Shown: positions 6,759 through 8,354 of the stretch, one piece after another
Position numbering within the stretch: the first letter of the stretch is position 1
Layout of the letters: each line of letters starts with the position of its first letter
Notes under the pieces: model-generated
Seen by the model: the letters and a program-made list of their open reading frames with translations, nothing else
Told to the model about the DNA's origin: nothing
Databases searched by the model: none
Virus record (IMG/VR): IMGVR_UViG_2671180574_000007
Coordinates: 1 to 8,354 of that record
From: a virus
Taxonomy: Duplodnaviria > Heunggongvirae > Uroviricota > Caudoviricetes
DNA length: 8,354 nt
Strand: one strand, 5' to 3'
Made by a program: the position numbers and the translations under genes

Positions 6759-8354
6759 TTAATTTTTGCTATCGTCATTAGTGACCGATACACATGATGG
6801 CATCCAGTCTTCTGATTCCTCCGTCAGTGTCACGTTTGAACGCAAACCGTGCTTCGTTTTCCGTTTCATATACTCCCTGCCATATTCCGCCATTGCCCCC
6901 GGCATATCTTTACCGAAGCGCGTCAGTGTTACAGGTTTACCAAACCCATGTGCCCTCATATAAGCCAGATAGGCATGATAGAGATACCTGCGTGGGCTGA
7001 ATGGCACAATTTCAGCATTACCCACTAACAGGCCATCACACATTACCGACGCCATGAGATAGCCGCAGAAGTCCACCAGCGAATCCCCCTCTCGCTTTAT
7101 CGCCAGTGCTTCTTCAGATTTCTGCTGCTCATATAACAGGCGTCTGGCTTCGTCCTGGTCAGCAAACCGTGTAAGCAGATGGCGAATCACTACCGCCAGC
7201 TCACCTTCTATTTTTTCCGCCAGCATTGGATCACGTTCGTTCTCCGGTACAACTTCCGAAAAATTGAATATCACCCGACGACGTGAGATCCCCCCACTGC
7301 GGTCACTGAATGACATGGCGTTATTGTTAACCGCCAGCACTACTGCCGGAATACGCGTTGAGTAGGGGGCTTTGTGTTTCGGGTCAATTGCCACCTTGTC
7401 ACCGCCTGTAATAGCCTTAATCCCTGCCCCATCACCAGCGTAGCGGGTCATATCCGGCATGATAATCAGCGAAAAGCCAACCACTAACGCGCGTTCCCTT
7501 GCATCTTCCAGCGCCTTCATGCTTGCCGATACTGTGTTGGCCTTACCCGCCAGCATGGTGCAAATCTCCGCCATCACGCTTTTACCACTTCCCCCTGGAC
7601 CTGTTACCTCAATGAATAACTGCCAGTCGTACCGGTTCGCCAGCACCATGAATAATGCAGCCAGTACGCGATCCGCCTTGCGGTCATTCTCAGCCACCGA
7701 ACGGCGTAACCACTTCCAGAAATTCGGCGCATGTGTTGCCAGCGTTTCCCCCTCTGCTGGTGGGCTGAAAGGTAATTCACTGGCAATTAACAACCAGTCG
7801 TTTTTGTTATGCTCCCGAAAATTACCTGTTCTGGTATCAAATACCCCGTTACTGAATCCAATCAGGTTACGGGCTGTATTCCCCATAACAGGCAAACTTA
7901 ACTTCATGGTATCGACCGCCGATTTAATGGCGTTCTGCGAATAGCTGATCTCCGCATCAATGAAAATCTGCGCCATAGCTCGCTGTAATTCTTTATCCTG
8001 TACTGGCTCCCATACAACGCCGTTGTAATGGTGAACAGTGTCAGAGTCAGCATGAATCGCCAGTTCACCGCCATAATGTGCCAGGAGAACTTCGCCGCGT
8101 TGACTTGCTCCCATCTGGTTAAGCGCCAGTGATGAAGCGTTATCGTCTTTTACCCGCTCTTTTTTCTTTACAGGCAGTTCAACTACCTTTTTCTTTTCCG
8201 CCAGCTCTGCCCGTTCACGTTCCAGATATTCACGCCAGTTCTCCCGTTTCTGGCTGTGCATTCCTTCAGGGTAATAATCAGCATCCCTGACACCTGCCTC
8301 TGCCAGTTTCTGCCCGATGGTATTAACAAGCCCCGGACGCAATAACCCCGCCTG
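6759..8354 (-). CDS. Primase/helicase of the phage-plasmid P4 alpha family (C-terminal part; N-terminus beyond the window end)
   Basis: Reading frame stays open to the window edge (the 8342 start in the ORF track is a TTG, not the true start); Walker A GPGGSGKS; stop TAA at 6759-6761; followed by matching iterons. Confidence 0.85.
   Translation of the reverse strand, partial: QAGLLRPGLVNTIGQKLAEAGVRDADYYPEGMHSQKRENWREYLERERAELAEKKKVVELPVKKKERVKDDNASSLALNQMGASQRGEVLLAHYGGELAIHADSDTVHHYNGVVWEPVQDKELQRAMAQIFIDAEISYSQNAIKSAVDTMKLSLPVMGNTARNLIGFSNGVFDTRTGNFREHNKNDWLLIASELPFSPPAEGETLATHAPNFWKWLRRSVAENDRKADRVLAALFMVLANRYDWQLFIEVTGPGGSGKSVMAEICTMLAGKANTVSASMKALEDARERALVVGFSLIIMPDMTRYAGDGAGIKAITGGDKVAIDPKHKAPYSTRIPAVVLAVNNNAMSFSDRSGGISRRRVIFNFSEVVPENERDPMLAEKIEGELAVVIRHLLTRFADQDEARRLLYEQQKSEEALAIKREGDSLVDFCGYLMASVMCDGLLVGNAEIVPFSPRRYLYHAYLAYMRAHGFGKPVTLTRFGKDMPGAMAEYGREYMKRKTKHGLRSNVTLTEESEDWMPSCVSVTNDDSKN

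Noticed and set aside
7459-7944. 161-aa plus-strand ORF within the primase gene
   Set aside because: Antisense to a CDS with a Walker A motif and continuous open frame; Ser/Ala-rich translation without motifs.

Overview
This 8.35 kb window looks like an enterobacterial mobile-element region with two convergent parts, read from sequence alone with no database search. The left part (1-1840, + strand) carries a small FaeA/PapI-like winged-helix ORF, an orphan beta-class N6-adenine DNA methyltransferase and a tRNA with anticodon CAU (tRNA-Ile2-like), each followed by an intrinsic terminator. The right part (2331-8354, - strand) is a compact cluster: a P4 alpha-type primase/helicase (N-terminus outside the window), an iteron origin with 8 perfect TGTTCACC octamers, a small coupled ORF, a ClpP-like protease fused to a capsid protein, a lambda gpI-like tail-assembly protein, a Nu1-like small terminase and a coupled 95-aa ORF. 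No large terminase, portal or tail-shaft gene is present in the window. The two parts are separated by about 500 bp of non-coding DNA packed with palindromes and phased dyad repeats. The most interesting hypothesis is a helper-dependent satellite-like element with an unusual gene combination; a deletion-scarred mosaic cryptic prophage is the main alternative. No canonical defence system (restriction enzyme, CRISPR, toxin-antitoxin) is evident.
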